The notes under the pieces are model-generated. The model was not told where the DNA came from. It saw nothing but the letters and a program-made list of their open reading frames with translations, and searched no databases. Shown here piece after piece: positions 44,318 to 54,608 of a DNA stretch of 64,000 nt. The first letter of the stretch is position 1. Each line of letters opens with the position of its first letter. The stretch is taken from NCBI GenBank assembly GCA_943789005.1, contig CALSSL010000001.1, forward strand, positions 512,511 to 576,510, in the 5' to 3' direction. This DNA comes from an uncultured SAR86 cluster bacterium (GTDB lineage Bacteria; Pseudomonadota; Gammaproteobacteria; Magnimaribacterales; D2472). Both the position numbers and the translations under genes were made by a program.

Positions 44318-45404
44318 TGAGAAAATTTTTATTACCAATATTAACTATCGTTATTTTAGCGGGTGTTCTGATACAGGCATTGCCAAAGAATCTTCTCAAT
44401 TAGAAGAGCAAAAGAAATATGAATGGAGGCTGGTCACCTCATGGCCAAAAAACTATCCTGGATTGGGGATGGCTCCAGAAAGAATTGCTAATTTGGTAGA
44501 AGAAATGAGTAATGGTCAGATGAAAATAACAGTATATGGAGCCGGAGAACAAGTTCCTGCATTTGGGGTCTTTGATGCTGTATCTAGCGGCTCACACCAA
44601 ATGGGCCACAGCGGCGGGTATTTCTGGAAAGGAAAAGTTCCTGCAGCTCAATTTTTTACCAGTGTGCCTTTTGGACTAACTGCAGATGAAATTAATGCCT
44701 GGGTAAATAGAGGAGGCGGCTTAGAGCTTTGGAGAGAGATATATGAACCATTTAATATTTATCCTATTCCTGCAGGAAATACAGGAACCCAAATGTTTGG
44801 TTGGTTCAATAAAGAGATTAATTCTCTTGAAGATATTAAAGGTTTAAAAATGCGTATTCCGGGCATTGGTGGAGAGGTCCTTAAAGAGGCTGGCGGTATA
44901 CCGGTAACTCTTCCAGGCGGGGAATTATTTACTGCATTACAAACAGGCGTAATTGATGCGACAGAATGGGTTGGACCATATAACGATCTAACCTTTGGCT
45001 TTCATCAAGCTGCAAAATATTACTATTATCCAGGGTGGCATGAGCCAGGACCGATGCTAGAGCTTTTAATTAATATTGATGCATGGAACAGTCTTCCAAA
45101 ACATCTTCAAGTTATTATTGAGACTGCTGCTAAAGCTATAAATCAGGACATGCTTGATGAGTATTTAGCAAGAAACAATAAAGCCCTTACAGAACTAATA
45201 GAGGTTCATGGCGTTGAGTTAAGAAAGCTGCCAGATGATGTAATCGAAGAGTTTAGGCTTATATCAGAAAAAATATTAGATGATTTGGCTAAAGAAGATA
45301 AGGTTATTGGAAGGGTTTATGAGTCTTATTCAGAATTTAGAAAAAATGTATCCGCATATCATGAAATATCAGAGGATGCATTTATTGAAGCTAGAAATAA
45401 GTAG
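44317..45404 (+). pseudogene. TRAP-transporter DctP-type solute-binding lipoprotein, signal peptide out of frame with the mature part
   Basis: ATG 44317 encodes MRKFLLPILTIVILAG in frame 1, which stops at 44401. The mature protein (CSDTGIAKESSQLEEQKKYEWRLVTSWPKNYPGLG...) is in frame 3. One extra G in the run at 44361-44363 restores the lipobox ILAGC. Confidence 0.8.
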
Positions 45405-46006
45405 TGTCAGAAAATTTAACTTTTAAATCTCTTGGTCTTCGTGATTATGATGGTGTGTGGCAGTCAATGAAATCACATATCAGGGAAGAAGATTTTAAAA
45501 ATGAGATATGGTTTTTGGAACATCCACCAGTTTTTACTTTAGGAACCGCTGCTGATCAAAAACATATTTTAAATGCTAAAGGTATTCCAGTTATTCAATC
45601 TGACCGCGGAGGTGAAGTAACCTATCACGGACCCGGACAATTAGTTATTTACTTTATGATCGATGTGAAAAGATCAAAACTAGGACCAAAGATTCTTGTT
45701 AAGACACTTCAAGAATTCACTAAATCACTTCTTAAAGAATACTCAATAGATTCTGAATTTATAGATGGCGCACCGGGAGTTTATGTAAATGAAAAAAAGA
45801 TAGCTTCTATTGGTCTAAGAATTTCTAAAGGAAAAACTTATCATGGGATCAGTATTAATGTTGATATGGATCTTGCCCCTTTTAGTTATATAAACCCCTG
45901 TGGTTATGAAGGGCTTAAAGTCACACAAATTAAAGATTTAAACAACAAGGCAAACATTAAAGACGTTGAGCGCCTTGCAATTAAACTTTTAGAGCCTATA
46001 TTCTAA
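45404..46006 (+). CDS. lipB: Octanoyltransferase LipB
   Basis: 200 aa. [23 protein letters not shown] and the PCG motif. Confidence 0.9.
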   Translation: MSENLTFKSLGLRDYDGVWQSMKSHIREEDFKNEIWFLEHPPVFTLGTAADQKHILNAKGIPVIQSDRGGEVTYHGPGQLVIYFMIDVKRSKLGPKILVKTLQEFTKSLLKEYSIDSEFIDGAPGVYVNEKKIASIGLRISKGKTYHGISINVDMDLAPFSYINPCGYEGLKVTQIKDLNNKANIKDVERLAIKLLEPIF

Positions 46007-46008
46007 AT

Positions 46009-46971
46009 ATGGAGATTATTCCAACACAAAAAATAATTAATAGGGATGGGGTCAAGGCCGTAAAAAATGGACAGAAGCGCAACCAGTATTCTCATATCCC
46101 TAACTTAAAAAAACCTGAATGGTTAAAAGTTAAAGCTCAGTTCAATCCTAATTTTCATAAGATAAAAAATCAGGTTTCAGAAAAAAGGCTTAACACTGTC
46201 TGTGAGGAAGCGCATTGTCCTAATATCTCTGAGTGCTGGTCTGCTGGCACGGCAACTTTTATGCTCATGGGCTCAGTATGCACAAGGGCATGTAAGTTTT
46301 GTTCAGTAGATACAGGAAATCCAAAAGGCTGGTTAGATCAAGACGAACCTCTTAATACCGCAAAAGCGGTTGAAATTATGAAGCTCAAATATGTTGTTCT
46401 TACATCAGTGAATAGAGATGATCTTCCAGACGGAGGCGCCAAGCATTTTGCTGACACAGTAAAGCTGATCAAAGATTTAAATCCTGGAACAGCGGTGGAA
46501 GCACTAACACCAGATTTTAAGGGACTATCATCTTCTATAGATACCATCGTTAACTGTGGATTAGAAGTTTTTGCACAAAATATTGAAACTGTTGAAAGAC
46601 TTACTCATCCAGTAAGAGATATTAGAGCGGGCTATCAACAAACTCTTGATGTTTTAGCAGAATCAAAAAAAATTAATCCAAAGGTTCTAACTAAAACCAG
46701 TCTTATTCTTGGTCTTGGCGAAACAGATGAAGAAATCGAGCAAACAATGGATGATCTAATAGCTAATAAAGTAGATATCCTAACAATTGGACAATACTTA
46801 AGACCAACCTTAAATCATTTACCCATAGAAAGATGGGTAACTCCAGAAGAATTTGAGACTTATAGAGAAATTGGATTGAGAAAAGGATTTTTAGAAGTTG
46901 TTTCAGGACCTATGGTTAGATCTAGCTACAGAGCTGAAAGAGCTCTAGAGAAAAATAACGCTGGTTTATAA
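46009..46971 (+). CDS. lipA: Lipoyl synthase LipA
   Basis: 320 aa. [12 protein letters not shown] auxiliary cluster and CTRACKFC radical-SAM cluster. Confidence 0.95.
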   Translation: MEIIPTQKIINRDGVKAVKNGQKRNQYSHIPNLKKPEWLKVKAQFNPNFHKIKNQVSEKRLNTVCEEAHCPNISECWSAGTATFMLMGSVCTRACKFCSVDTGNPKGWLDQDEPLNTAKAVEIMKLKYVVLTSVNRDDLPDGGAKHFADTVKLIKDLNPGTAVEALTPDFKGLSSSIDTIVNCGLEVFAQNIETVERLTHPVRDIRAGYQQTLDVLAESKKINPKVLTKTSLILGLGETDEEIEQTMDDLIANKVDILTIGQYLRPTLNHLPIERWVTPEEFETYREIGLRKGFLEVVSGPMVRSSYRAERALEKNNAGL

Positions 46972-46973
46972 AT

Positions 46974-48119
46974 TTACTTCAAATTTGAAATAACACCTGA
47001 GACCAATTCGTAGCTTTTGTTAGATATATATTCTAAATCAACCCATTCTTGGTAAAGCTTTTTGAATCTTTCCACGCCCATTTCATCAAGAATATCAAAA
47101 GGACCTTTTTGAAGATTGGTTCCATAAGTCCAGGCATTATTAATAGCATCTTTTTCCAAGATACCATCAGATAATAAAACAAGAGATGCTTCTATAATTC
47201 CGATATATAGATCTTGTTTTATATTTTCATAGTTAATCTGATCATTGCTTATATCAATGTTGGAGTGATTTAAAAAACCTGCTCCAGTTTTAATACCAAG
47301 ATTATTTTTATGAATGTATGAAGATAGGTGCTTTAGGATTTTTCCTTTATGATCAATTAGTCTAGATTCTTCATCTTGCTCCTCCCAAGCATTTTTTATT
47401 ACATCAAGGCCGAGCATATCCATTATTCCAAAAGGCCCTAGCTTACTGTCATTAGCATTTTTCCATGCTCCATCTATCTCTTCTATGGAGTACCGTCCTT
47501 CAATTACCATCAGCATGCTTTGAGTTGTTAGTGCTCCAAGCATTGGATTTAAGGCATATTTGGAATTTCTATTTTTATATATAATCCCACCGCATCCTAA
47601 AGTTTCCACAAAAGTTTTTATGGATATTATTGTTTCCTCACTTGTATGAGTTCCTCTAACAATGTCAACCAACCTTGAACCTAAATGGAAATGCATTGCA
47701 GCAAACTGATGTTTGGGGCTGAATTGATTGCTTAATACCTCTAAAGACAAACCAGAAGTATTAGTAGTAATGATTGTTTTTTTGCTTACTAAACTCTCAA
47801 GTTCTTGGAATAATTGTTTTTTTAACTCTAAATTTTCTGGAATAGATTCACTCACTAAATCGACTCCATCTAAAGCAAATTTTAAATCACTGCAGTCATA
47901 TATTTTTTTTATAGCAGCGTTCACATCAACGCCCTTAAAAAAATTGTCATGGTTTAGAAAATCAGCCAATTTTGCTTGATTACTAGCCCTATTTTTGAGG
48001 GATTCTTCACAAGGATCATATATTACACATTCATATCCAGCCGCTGAGGCTAGCAGCGAGTTAAAACATCCCATTGTTCCAGCCCCAATAAAGCAGACTT
48101 TTTTAATAGGAACATACAT
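46974..48119 (-). CDS. 3-hydroxyacyl-CoA dehydrogenase family protein
   Basis: 381 aa. N-terminal VCFIGAGTMG Rossmann motif and 3HCDH-type layout. Confidence 0.75.
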   Translation of the reverse strand: MYVPIKKVCFIGAGTMGCFNSLLASAAGYECVIYDPCEESLKNRASNQAKLADFLNHDNFFKGVDVNAAIKKIYDCSDLKFALDGVDLVSESIPENLELKKQLFQELESLVSKKTIITTNTSGLSLEVLSNQFSPKHQFAAMHFHLGSRLVDIVRGTHTSEETIISIKTFVETLGCGGIIYKNRNSKYALNPMLGALTTQSMLMVIEGRYSIEEIDGAWKNANDSKLGPFGIMDMLGLDVIKNAWEEQDEESRLIDHKGKILKHLSSYIHKNNLGIKTGAGFLNHSNIDISNDQINYENIKQDLYIGIIEASLVLLSDGILEKDAINNAWTYGTNLQKGPFDILDEMGVERFKKLYQEWVDLEYISNKSYELVSGVISNLK

Positions 48120-48122
48120 ATC

Positions 48123-48938
48123 TTATTTTAGAATTTTTGAAGGTTTATCAGGGATAAATAGATTGGTTGCACCTTTCGTCATCACAGCATCTTCATATTC
48201 AAGAATTGGTAACCTTTTAAGTTTATTAATTATATGAGACTGAGTTGGATTTTGTTCCCAGCTAGATGAGTGCCAGTTAACCAACCCTTTACCAAGACTC
48301 ATTTCAGTAAAAATATTTTGTGAGTTATGTAATATTGGTTCTGCAACAACAGGCGGTAATGCTGGATTAACATTGGGTATGTATCTATATCCAAAGGATT
48401 TCATGTATGCTTTTTCTTTCACTATCCCATCAACAATTTTTTTGTCTAATCGAGCAGCATCAGAAATCGCAATATCTAAAATAGGACTTGTAAAATGCGA
48501 CATTCGCACATTAGCAGAATTATTATCATAAGATATATCATCAATATCAGCATATATCTTTGGGATACCTTGCATCTCTCTTCCTGTAAGGATTGGGTCT
48601 GTTAAGTTCTCCCACATGACCAAATTGTATGATGCTGTAACTTCATCAACATCTCCAGAAAAAATAGCCTCAACACTAACCGAAATCAAATTATAGTTTC
48701 GTCCTGCAAGCCAATCGATATCTTTATTACACGCATAATTTACAGAAACAGTTGGCTCATCAGAAATTTTAAACTGTTCTGGTATTAGTTTTCTTAGCAT
48801 TTCTGCATCTGTTTTATAGGGGATAATCAACATCGATACATCTCGATACCATCCAGAACTCCTTGGGTCTGTGTCCCTTGGACCAAAATTAAAAGGCATC
48901 ATGCTGTTACCATTTTTTGGAATTTTAAAATTTGTCAT
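48123..48938 (-). CDS. Acetoacetate decarboxylase (ADC) family protein
   Basis: 271 aa. Overall resemblance to the ADC family (MPFNFGPRD...YRDVSMLIIPYKTD). Assigned from memory of the family. Confidence 0.65.
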   Translation of the reverse strand: MTNFKIPKNGNSMMPFNFGPRDTDPRSSGWYRDVSMLIIPYKTDAEMLRKLIPEQFKISDEPTVSVNYACNKDIDWLAGRNYNLISVSVEAIFSGDVDEVTASYNLVMWENLTDPILTGREMQGIPKIYADIDDISYDNNSANVRMSHFTSPILDIAISDAARLDKKIVDGIVKEKAYMKSFGYRYIPNVNPALPPVVAEPILHNSQNIFTEMSLGKGLVNWHSSSWEQNPTQSHIINKLKRLPILEYEDAVMTKGATNLFIPDKPSKILK

Positions 48939-50272
48939 AGAACTAAAAATGGTACAAGAAGAACAGCAACTAAAACAAGTAGTTGAATAATAATAAAAGG
49001 AATGACACCTTGGTATATCTCAGATGTCTTAATTGATTCATCTGCAACACCACGCAGATAAAAAAGAGAGAAACCGAATGGAGGTGTTAAAAATGAGGTT
49101 TGGAGATTTATTGCTATAAGTATTGCAAGCCATACAGGATCAAAGCCCATCATCAATAATGGCGGAGCAACTAAAGGAACAATAACATAACAAATTTCAA
49201 TAAAATCTAAAATAAAGCCAAGCAAGAAGACAAATATCAATACGAAAATAAGAGCCATATAAGGGCCACCAGGCAAAGATCCAAAAATTAGGTCAATCAG
49301 ATCATCACCTCCAACCCCTCTAAAAATTAATGAAAAAATTGAAGCTCCAATTAATATAGTAAAGATCATAGTCGAAATAATTGCAGTCTTTTGACTGGTC
49401 TCTTTTATAAAATTAAATGTTAACCCTCCATTGATTAATACAATTAGCAAAGCTCCCATTGCTCCAATAGCTGATGCTTCAGTTGGAGTGGCAATACCGG
49501 CAATGATTGATCCTAAAACCAATATTATGAGCAAAAGGGGTAAAGCAAGAGTTTTTAAGATATCTATAAAAGATGCTGAGCTTGCCTCAGGCTCAAAAAG
49601 AATGTCAGGGTTTTTCTTGTTCTTATAGATTGTATATAAAAGATAACCAAAACAAATCATAATGCCTGGCACTATCGCACCAACAAACAGATCCCCGACT
49701 GTGACAGTCTTTTGAGAAAAAATGCCCATATTATTTTGGGCCCTTTGATATGCATTAGACATAACATCGCCCAATAACACCAATGCAATTGAGGGAGGAA
49801 TAATCTGACCAAGAGTCCCCGTGGATGCAACAAGCCCTGATGAAAAATCCTTTTTGTAACCTTGCTGAACCATTACAGGAAGTGACATTAAGCCCATGGT
49901 AACTACAGTTGCCCCAACTATTCCAGTGCTTGCAGCTAATAATGCTCCGACTGCAATAATAGAAATACTTAACCCACCCCTTACATTTTTAAAAGCCAGC
50001 GCCATATTTTCTAACATTTTTGATGCTATGCCAGAACGCTCAAGCACTGTACCCATAAAAATGAAAAGCGGTACAGCAAGCAAAGTTACATTATTCATAA
50101 TTCCAAATATTCTTAAAGGAATACTTTTTAAAATTGACTCGTCAAATATTCCAAGTGGAATACAAACAAGAGCAAATAAAATAGAAACTCCAGAAAGAGT
50201 AAATGCTACTGGATATCCAAAGAGTAATGCGCAGCAAACTAAAACTAAAAGTAATAAGGGTATTATTTCCAT
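48935..50272 (-). CDS. TRAP transporter large permease (DctM family)
   Basis: 445 aa with about 12 TM segments. Typical DctM N-terminus, and overlaps the dctQ-like gene. Confidence 0.9.
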   Translation of the reverse strand: MEIIPLLLLVLVCCALLFGYPVAFTLSGVSILFALVCIPLGIFDESILKSIPLRIFGIMNNVTLLAVPLFIFMGTVLERSGIASKMLENMALAFKNVRGGLSISIIAVGALLAASTGIVGATVVTMGLMSLPVMVQQGYKKDFSSGLVASTGTLGQIIPPSIALVLLGDVMSNAYQRAQNNMGIFSQKTVTVGDLFVGAIVPGIMICFGYLLYTIYKNKKNPDILFEPEASSASFIDILKTLALPLLLIILVLGSIIAGIATPTEASAIGAMGALLIVLINGGLTFNFIKETSQKTAIISTMIFTILIGASIFSLIFRGVGGDDLIDLIFGSLPGGPYMALIFVLIFVFLLGFILDFIEICYVIVPLVAPPLLMMGFDPVWLAILIAINLQTSFLTPPFGFSLFYLRGVADESIKTSEIYQGVIPFIIIQLLVLVAVLLVPFLVL

Positions 50273-50736
50273 TTGATTTTCAGGAGCTGATTAATAAGAG
50301 CAGCCATAAGTGTAATTGGAAATAATATAAGAAAAGTTTTTTGAATAAATACAAATGCCAAACCGCCGGCTTCAGTTGAAACTTCTTTCATTTTCCATGA
50401 TGCTTCAATAGTTTCTAGAGAATATATGAAGGTAACAATTATTATTGGTAATAGAAAAAGAAAGCCAAAAATATTATTGATACGATTTTTATATTTATTC
50501 GATGCATTTCTATAAAATATATCTACGCGAACATGTTCATCCTTATTCATAACATATCCTGCACAACCCAAGAAAACCAAAGCATGAAAATACATTACTA
50601 ATTCTTGCAAATTAGTCCTTCCAACCCCAAAAAAATACCTACTAATAATAACAATCACCATTAGTAAAATCATTACTGGTATAAGGTATGAAATTTTTTC
50701 ACCTACAAAATTTATATACTTTTCTATAAGTTTCAT
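50263..50736 (-). CDS. TRAP transporter small permease (DctQ family)
   Basis: 157 aa with four TM segments, immediately upstream of and overlapping dctM. Confidence 0.8.
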   Translation of the reverse strand: MKLIEKYINFVGEKISYLIPVMILLMVIVIISRYFFGVGRTNLQELVMYFHALVFLGCAGYVMNKDEHVRVDIFYRNASNKYKNRINNIFGFLFLLPIIIVTFIYSLETIEASWKMKEVSTEAGGLAFVFIQKTFLILFPITLMAALINQLLKIKWK

Positions 50737-50772
50737 TAGTAGTCTGACCTAGATTTAGTTAGAATAATTATC

Positions 50773-51540
50773 ATGTTAATAGTACTTTCCCCAGCAAAAA
50801 CCTTGGATTTTGGCATTGATGCTAAAAGCAATCATACTGCACCGCAGTTTTTAAGCCAATCTTCAAACCTTATAAAGAATTTAAAACAGAAAGAGCCAAA
50901 AGATATTGCAAGTCTTATGGGTCTTAGTGATAAACTTGCTGCTTTAAATTTCGATAGATATCAATCTTGGAAAGCCTCAAAAATAGTTTCTGCAGATACC
51001 AAGCCATCTGTAATGGTTTTCAAGGGAGATGTGTATCAGGGTCTGGATGCTGAAACTTTAAATAACAAGCAAATTAAATTTGCTCAAAAGCACTTAAGAA
51101 TTCTTTCTGGTCTATACGGTATTCTTAGGCCTATGGATGTAATTAAGCCTTACAGATTAGAAATGGGAACAAAGTTAGAAACAAGTAAGGGTAAGAATCT
51201 ATATGATTTTTGGGGCAACTCAATTCAGAAAAATGTTCTACAAGATTTACAGTCTCAAAAATCTGATCTGCTTATAAATCTTGCATCTAAAGAATATTTT
51301 ACTGTATTAGGAAAATTGCCAGAGCATATCAATGTAGTATCACCAGTGTTTAAAGATTATAAAAATGGTAAGCACAAAATCATTAGTTTTTATGCTAAAA
51401 AAGCAAGAGGCCTTATGGCAAGGTGGATTATTGAAAATAATATAAAAGACTTTGAAAAACTATCGAAGTTTAATATAGATGGATATTACTTTTCTAAATC
51501 AGAATCTACAGTAACTGAGCCAGTTTTTTTGAGAGACTAG
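50773..51540 (+). CDS. yaaA: Peroxide stress protein YaaA (UPF0246)
   Basis: 255 aa. MLIVLSPAKTLDF is the family signature N-terminus. Confidence 0.9.
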   Translation: MLIVLSPAKTLDFGIDAKSNHTAPQFLSQSSNLIKNLKQKEPKDIASLMGLSDKLAALNFDRYQSWKASKIVSADTKPSVMVFKGDVYQGLDAETLNNKQIKFAQKHLRILSGLYGILRPMDVIKPYRLEMGTKLETSKGKNLYDFWGNSIQKNVLQDLQSQKSDLLINLASKEYFTVLGKLPEHINVVSPVFKDYKNGKHKIISFYAKKARGLMARWIIENNIKDFEKLSKFNIDGYYFSKSESTVTEPVFLRD

Positions 51541-51542
51541 TT

Positions 51543-52343
51543 TTAAATTAAACCCTCTTTTTCCCAAAAAGATTTCTTTGGCTCTAAATCTTCAAACTCA
51601 CCATCAGTTTTATTCATATAAGCAGTCATTGCTGCCTCCATATCTTTTCCACTTATTAGGCTTGCATTCCAAGTGGCATGAAACTCTAGAGCATCTCGAA
51701 CAGAATGATCTCTAGCATAATTTATTTGTTTTTTAATAACCCTAGTAACTAAAGGTGATTTACTGGCAATTGTTTGAGCTATTTTTTGAACTTCGCTCCT
51801 AAGCTCATCTTCTGAAGAATAAACCTCATTAACTAAGCCTAAAGATTTTGCTTCAGATGAATCGAACTTCCTTCCTGTATATGCAAGCTCTCTTAATGCT
51901 GCAAGAGGGATCAAGGAGGGTAGTCTCTGGAGGGTTCCCACATCTGCAGCAATTCCAATATCAACTTCAGCAATTTTAAAAAATGCATTCTCTGAGCAGT
52001 ACCTTAAATCACAGGCTGCCGCCATATCTATAGCACCACCAACACAGGCACCCTGAATAGCTGCTATGGTCGGCATCCTGCATTCCTCAAGAGCTGTAAA
52101 TGTATCTTGAAGCTCTAAAACTTCATGATAAAAAGCCTCTCTTTGCCTTGCTGGATCTATTTCTCTTTCTGATTTTTTGGGTGGTGCAAAGGTGCTTAAA
52201 TCCATACCAGCGCTAAAATGTTTACCTTGTCCGGATAGAACTATTACTCTTGCATCAGAGTTTTTATCTATATTCTTAATAATCTCTGGAAGTTCTTTCC
52301 AAAAAATTCTTGTCATAGAATTTAATTGATCAGGCCTGCTCAT
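51543..52343 (-). CDS. Enoyl-CoA hydratase/isomerase family protein (start uncertain, see findings)
   Basis: 266 aa. GQGKHFSAGMDL and AAIQGACVGGAIDMAAACDLRY are crotonase motifs. The conserved N-terminal strand continues upstream of the ATG. Confidence 0.8.
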   Translation of the reverse strand: MSRPDQLNSMTRIFWKELPEIIKNIDKNSDARVIVLSGQGKHFSAGMDLSTFAPPKKSEREIDPARQREAFYHEVLELQDTFTALEECRMPTIAAIQGACVGGAIDMAAACDLRYCSENAFFKIAEVDIGIAADVGTLQRLPSLIPLAALRELAYTGRKFDSSEAKSLGLVNEVYSSEDELRSEVQKIAQTIASKSPLVTRVIKKQINYARDHSVRDALEFHATWNASLISGKDMEAAMTAYMNKTDGEFEDLEPKKSFWEKEGLI

Positions 52344-52606
52344 TGAAAGATGAGCTATACCATCCTTATAGACTTACTTCAAAGCAAGAATAATTATTCA
52401 TTTTCTGCAATTTTTATTGAATCATCGACAATATTACGAATTTTTTCAACATGTTCAAAAGTCTTATGATGTGACATAACAACTTTTCTTTCTTCACTTA
52501 AAAGAACAAGCATTTTCTTTAGCTTGTGCAGATTTTCTAAGACTTCACTATTCATATTTATTTGTATAACTAAAATTAATTATTGGCATTATAATGCTCT
52601 TAATCT

Positions 52607-53449
52607 ATGAAATCACGAAATCTAATATATTTATCCTCTGTCTTTTGTTTATTTGCTGCTGATATTTCAGCAACCGAAGAGAAAATTGATAATTCTGTCC
52701 AGGCTCAGTCCATGCTTGCAGTTTTATATGCTCAATCCTCTGCTGAGTATGAAGCAAACAATCTTCAAACTTATGCTGGAGCAAAACTAGCATTAGAAAA
52801 AGCATTGGCTAATAAAAATTGGACTGCTGCGATAGAGCAAAAAGAAGATTTTTCTGAAAAACCGCCTGCAGTTATTTTAGATATAGATGAAACCGTTCTT
52901 AATAATATACCTTTTCAAGCAAGATCAATTATAAAAGGTGAATCTTATCCAAATGGTTGGGTTGAGTGGATGCTTGAAGAGGCATCTACTTCTGTAGCTG
53001 GAGTTTATGAGTTCTTGAAATATGCTGATAGCAAAGGAATTAAAATTTTTTATGTGACTAATAGAATTGCAATTGCTGAAGAGGCTACTCGAAATAATTT
53101 AAAGAAACTTGGATTACCTTTTGACTCTGATAGAGATGTTTTATTAATGAAAAATGAAAATGGTTGGACCTCTGATAAGGTTTCTAGAAGAGAATTAATT
53201 GCTCAGGATTATAGGATTCTCCTTCTCATAGGAGATCAGCTAGGCGACTTCATATCATTAGAAGAGGCAACTGCTGGCATGGATTCAAGAAAAGAAATAG
53301 CTTCAAAATATGAAGAAATGTGGGGTAAGAAATGGTTTATGATTACAAATCCAATTTATGGAAGATGGGAAGCTTCAATTTACAACAATGAATATCCTGA
53401 TACTGAGAGCGAGCTTATGCAAATGAGACTAAAAGCTCTAAAGCCATAA
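52607..53449 (+). CDS. Class C acid phosphatase / 5'-nucleotidase, e(P4) lipoprotein family (HAD superfamily)
   Basis: 280 aa with a signal peptide. ILDIDETVLNN (DDDD-type HAD motif I) and GDQLGDF. Confidence 0.8.
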   Translation: MKSRNLIYLSSVFCLFAADISATEEKIDNSVQAQSMLAVLYAQSSAEYEANNLQTYAGAKLALEKALANKNWTAAIEQKEDFSEKPPAVILDIDETVLNNIPFQARSIIKGESYPNGWVEWMLEEASTSVAGVYEFLKYADSKGIKIFYVTNRIAIAEEATRNNLKKLGLPFDSDRDVLLMKNENGWTSDKVSRRELIAQDYRILLLIGDQLGDFISLEEATAGMDSRKEIASKYEEMWGKKWFMITNPIYGRWEASIYNNEYPDTESELMQMRLKALKP

Positions 53450-53456
53450 AATACTA

Positions 53457-54608
53457 ATGAAAAAATTTTTGCTTATCCTAAGTCTAGTTAGTATAGCTAT
53501 CTTTTTAAATTTTCTGAATATCAAAACCAATACAGAGAAAATAAAAATAGGAAACAAACAAACAAAAAATATAAATATTGCTAGCTTTGAAAAGAATCAG
53601 AAGCCCAAAAATATTATTTTAATAATTGGGGATGGAACCGGCCTTAATCAAGTAACATTATCAAGAATTGCCATTGGCGGCCTAGATTTCAAATTAGCTA
53701 TTGATCAAATGCCTTATACCGGTTTTTCTCTTACCCATTCTTATAATAATGCTTATACAGATTCTGCAGCTGCAGCAACCGCATGGGCAACTGGGAAAAA
53801 AACAAATAACAAATTTTTATCGGTTGATGTCAATAAGAAAGAATTAAAAACCTTACCTGAAATTTTATATGAAAAAGGCTTCTTATCTGGTCTTGTATCT
53901 ACTTCTTCAATAACTCATGCAACACCAGCAGCATTTTATGCTCATGTTGATTCAAGATATGAAGAAGAAGAAATTGCCAATCAATTAATAGCTTCATCTA
54001 TCAGCATTGCTTTAGGAGGGGGTAAGGAATTTTTTGACAATGAAAGATTAAAAAAGGATTCTTTATACATATCTGATAAAGAAAGTCTGGAAGAGTTAGA
54101 ATTGTCAGCTTCGAGAAGAGTCATCGGTCTTTTTGATAAAGATGGTATTGAAAGATCACCCAAAAAACCCACTCAACAAGAGATGACAAGAGTTGCTTTG
54201 AATTTTTTAAAAACTAAGACAAATAACTGTAAAGGATTTTTTTTAATGAGCGAAGGAAGTCAAATTGATTGGGCAGCTCATGATAATGATGCAAAGAAAA
54301 TGATAACTGAATTTGAAGATTTTGATAAAACCATTAGATTGGCTATGGAATATGTAGGTAAAAATAAAGATACTCTTTTAATCATAACAGCTGATCATGA
54401 AACCGGAGGTCTGCAAATTTTAAGGCAAGATAAAGATTATGTTGAAATTCAATGGGGCACTGGAAGACATACCGGTATTCCAGTTGGCGTATATGCTTAT
54501 GGTCCTGGAGCGGCTCACTTTACTGGCCTGATGGATAATACTGAGATTTATCATAAGATTATTTCAATTTTGAGTGTTGATGAGTTGGAGCCAGCAACGT
54601 GCATATAG
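53457..54608 (+). CDS. Alkaline phosphatase (PhoA family)
   Basis: 383 aa with a signal/anchor segment. IGDGTG and YTDSAAAATAWATG (active-site Ser) motifs, plus ADHETGG. Confidence 0.85.
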   Translation: MKKFLLILSLVSIAIFLNFLNIKTNTEKIKIGNKQTKNINIASFEKNQKPKNIILIIGDGTGLNQVTLSRIAIGGLDFKLAIDQMPYTGFSLTHSYNNAYTDSAAAATAWATGKKTNNKFLSVDVNKKELKTLPEILYEKGFLSGLVSTSSITHATPAAFYAHVDSRYEEEEIANQLIASSISIALGGGKEFFDNERLKKDSLYISDKESLEELELSASRRVIGLFDKDGIERSPKKPTQQEMTRVALNFLKTKTNNCKGFFLMSEGSQIDWAAHDNDAKKMITEFEDFDKTIRLAMEYVGKNKDTLLIITADHETGGLQILRQDKDYVEIQWGTGRHTGIPVGVYAYGPGAAHFTGLMDNTEIYHKIISILSVDELEPATCI

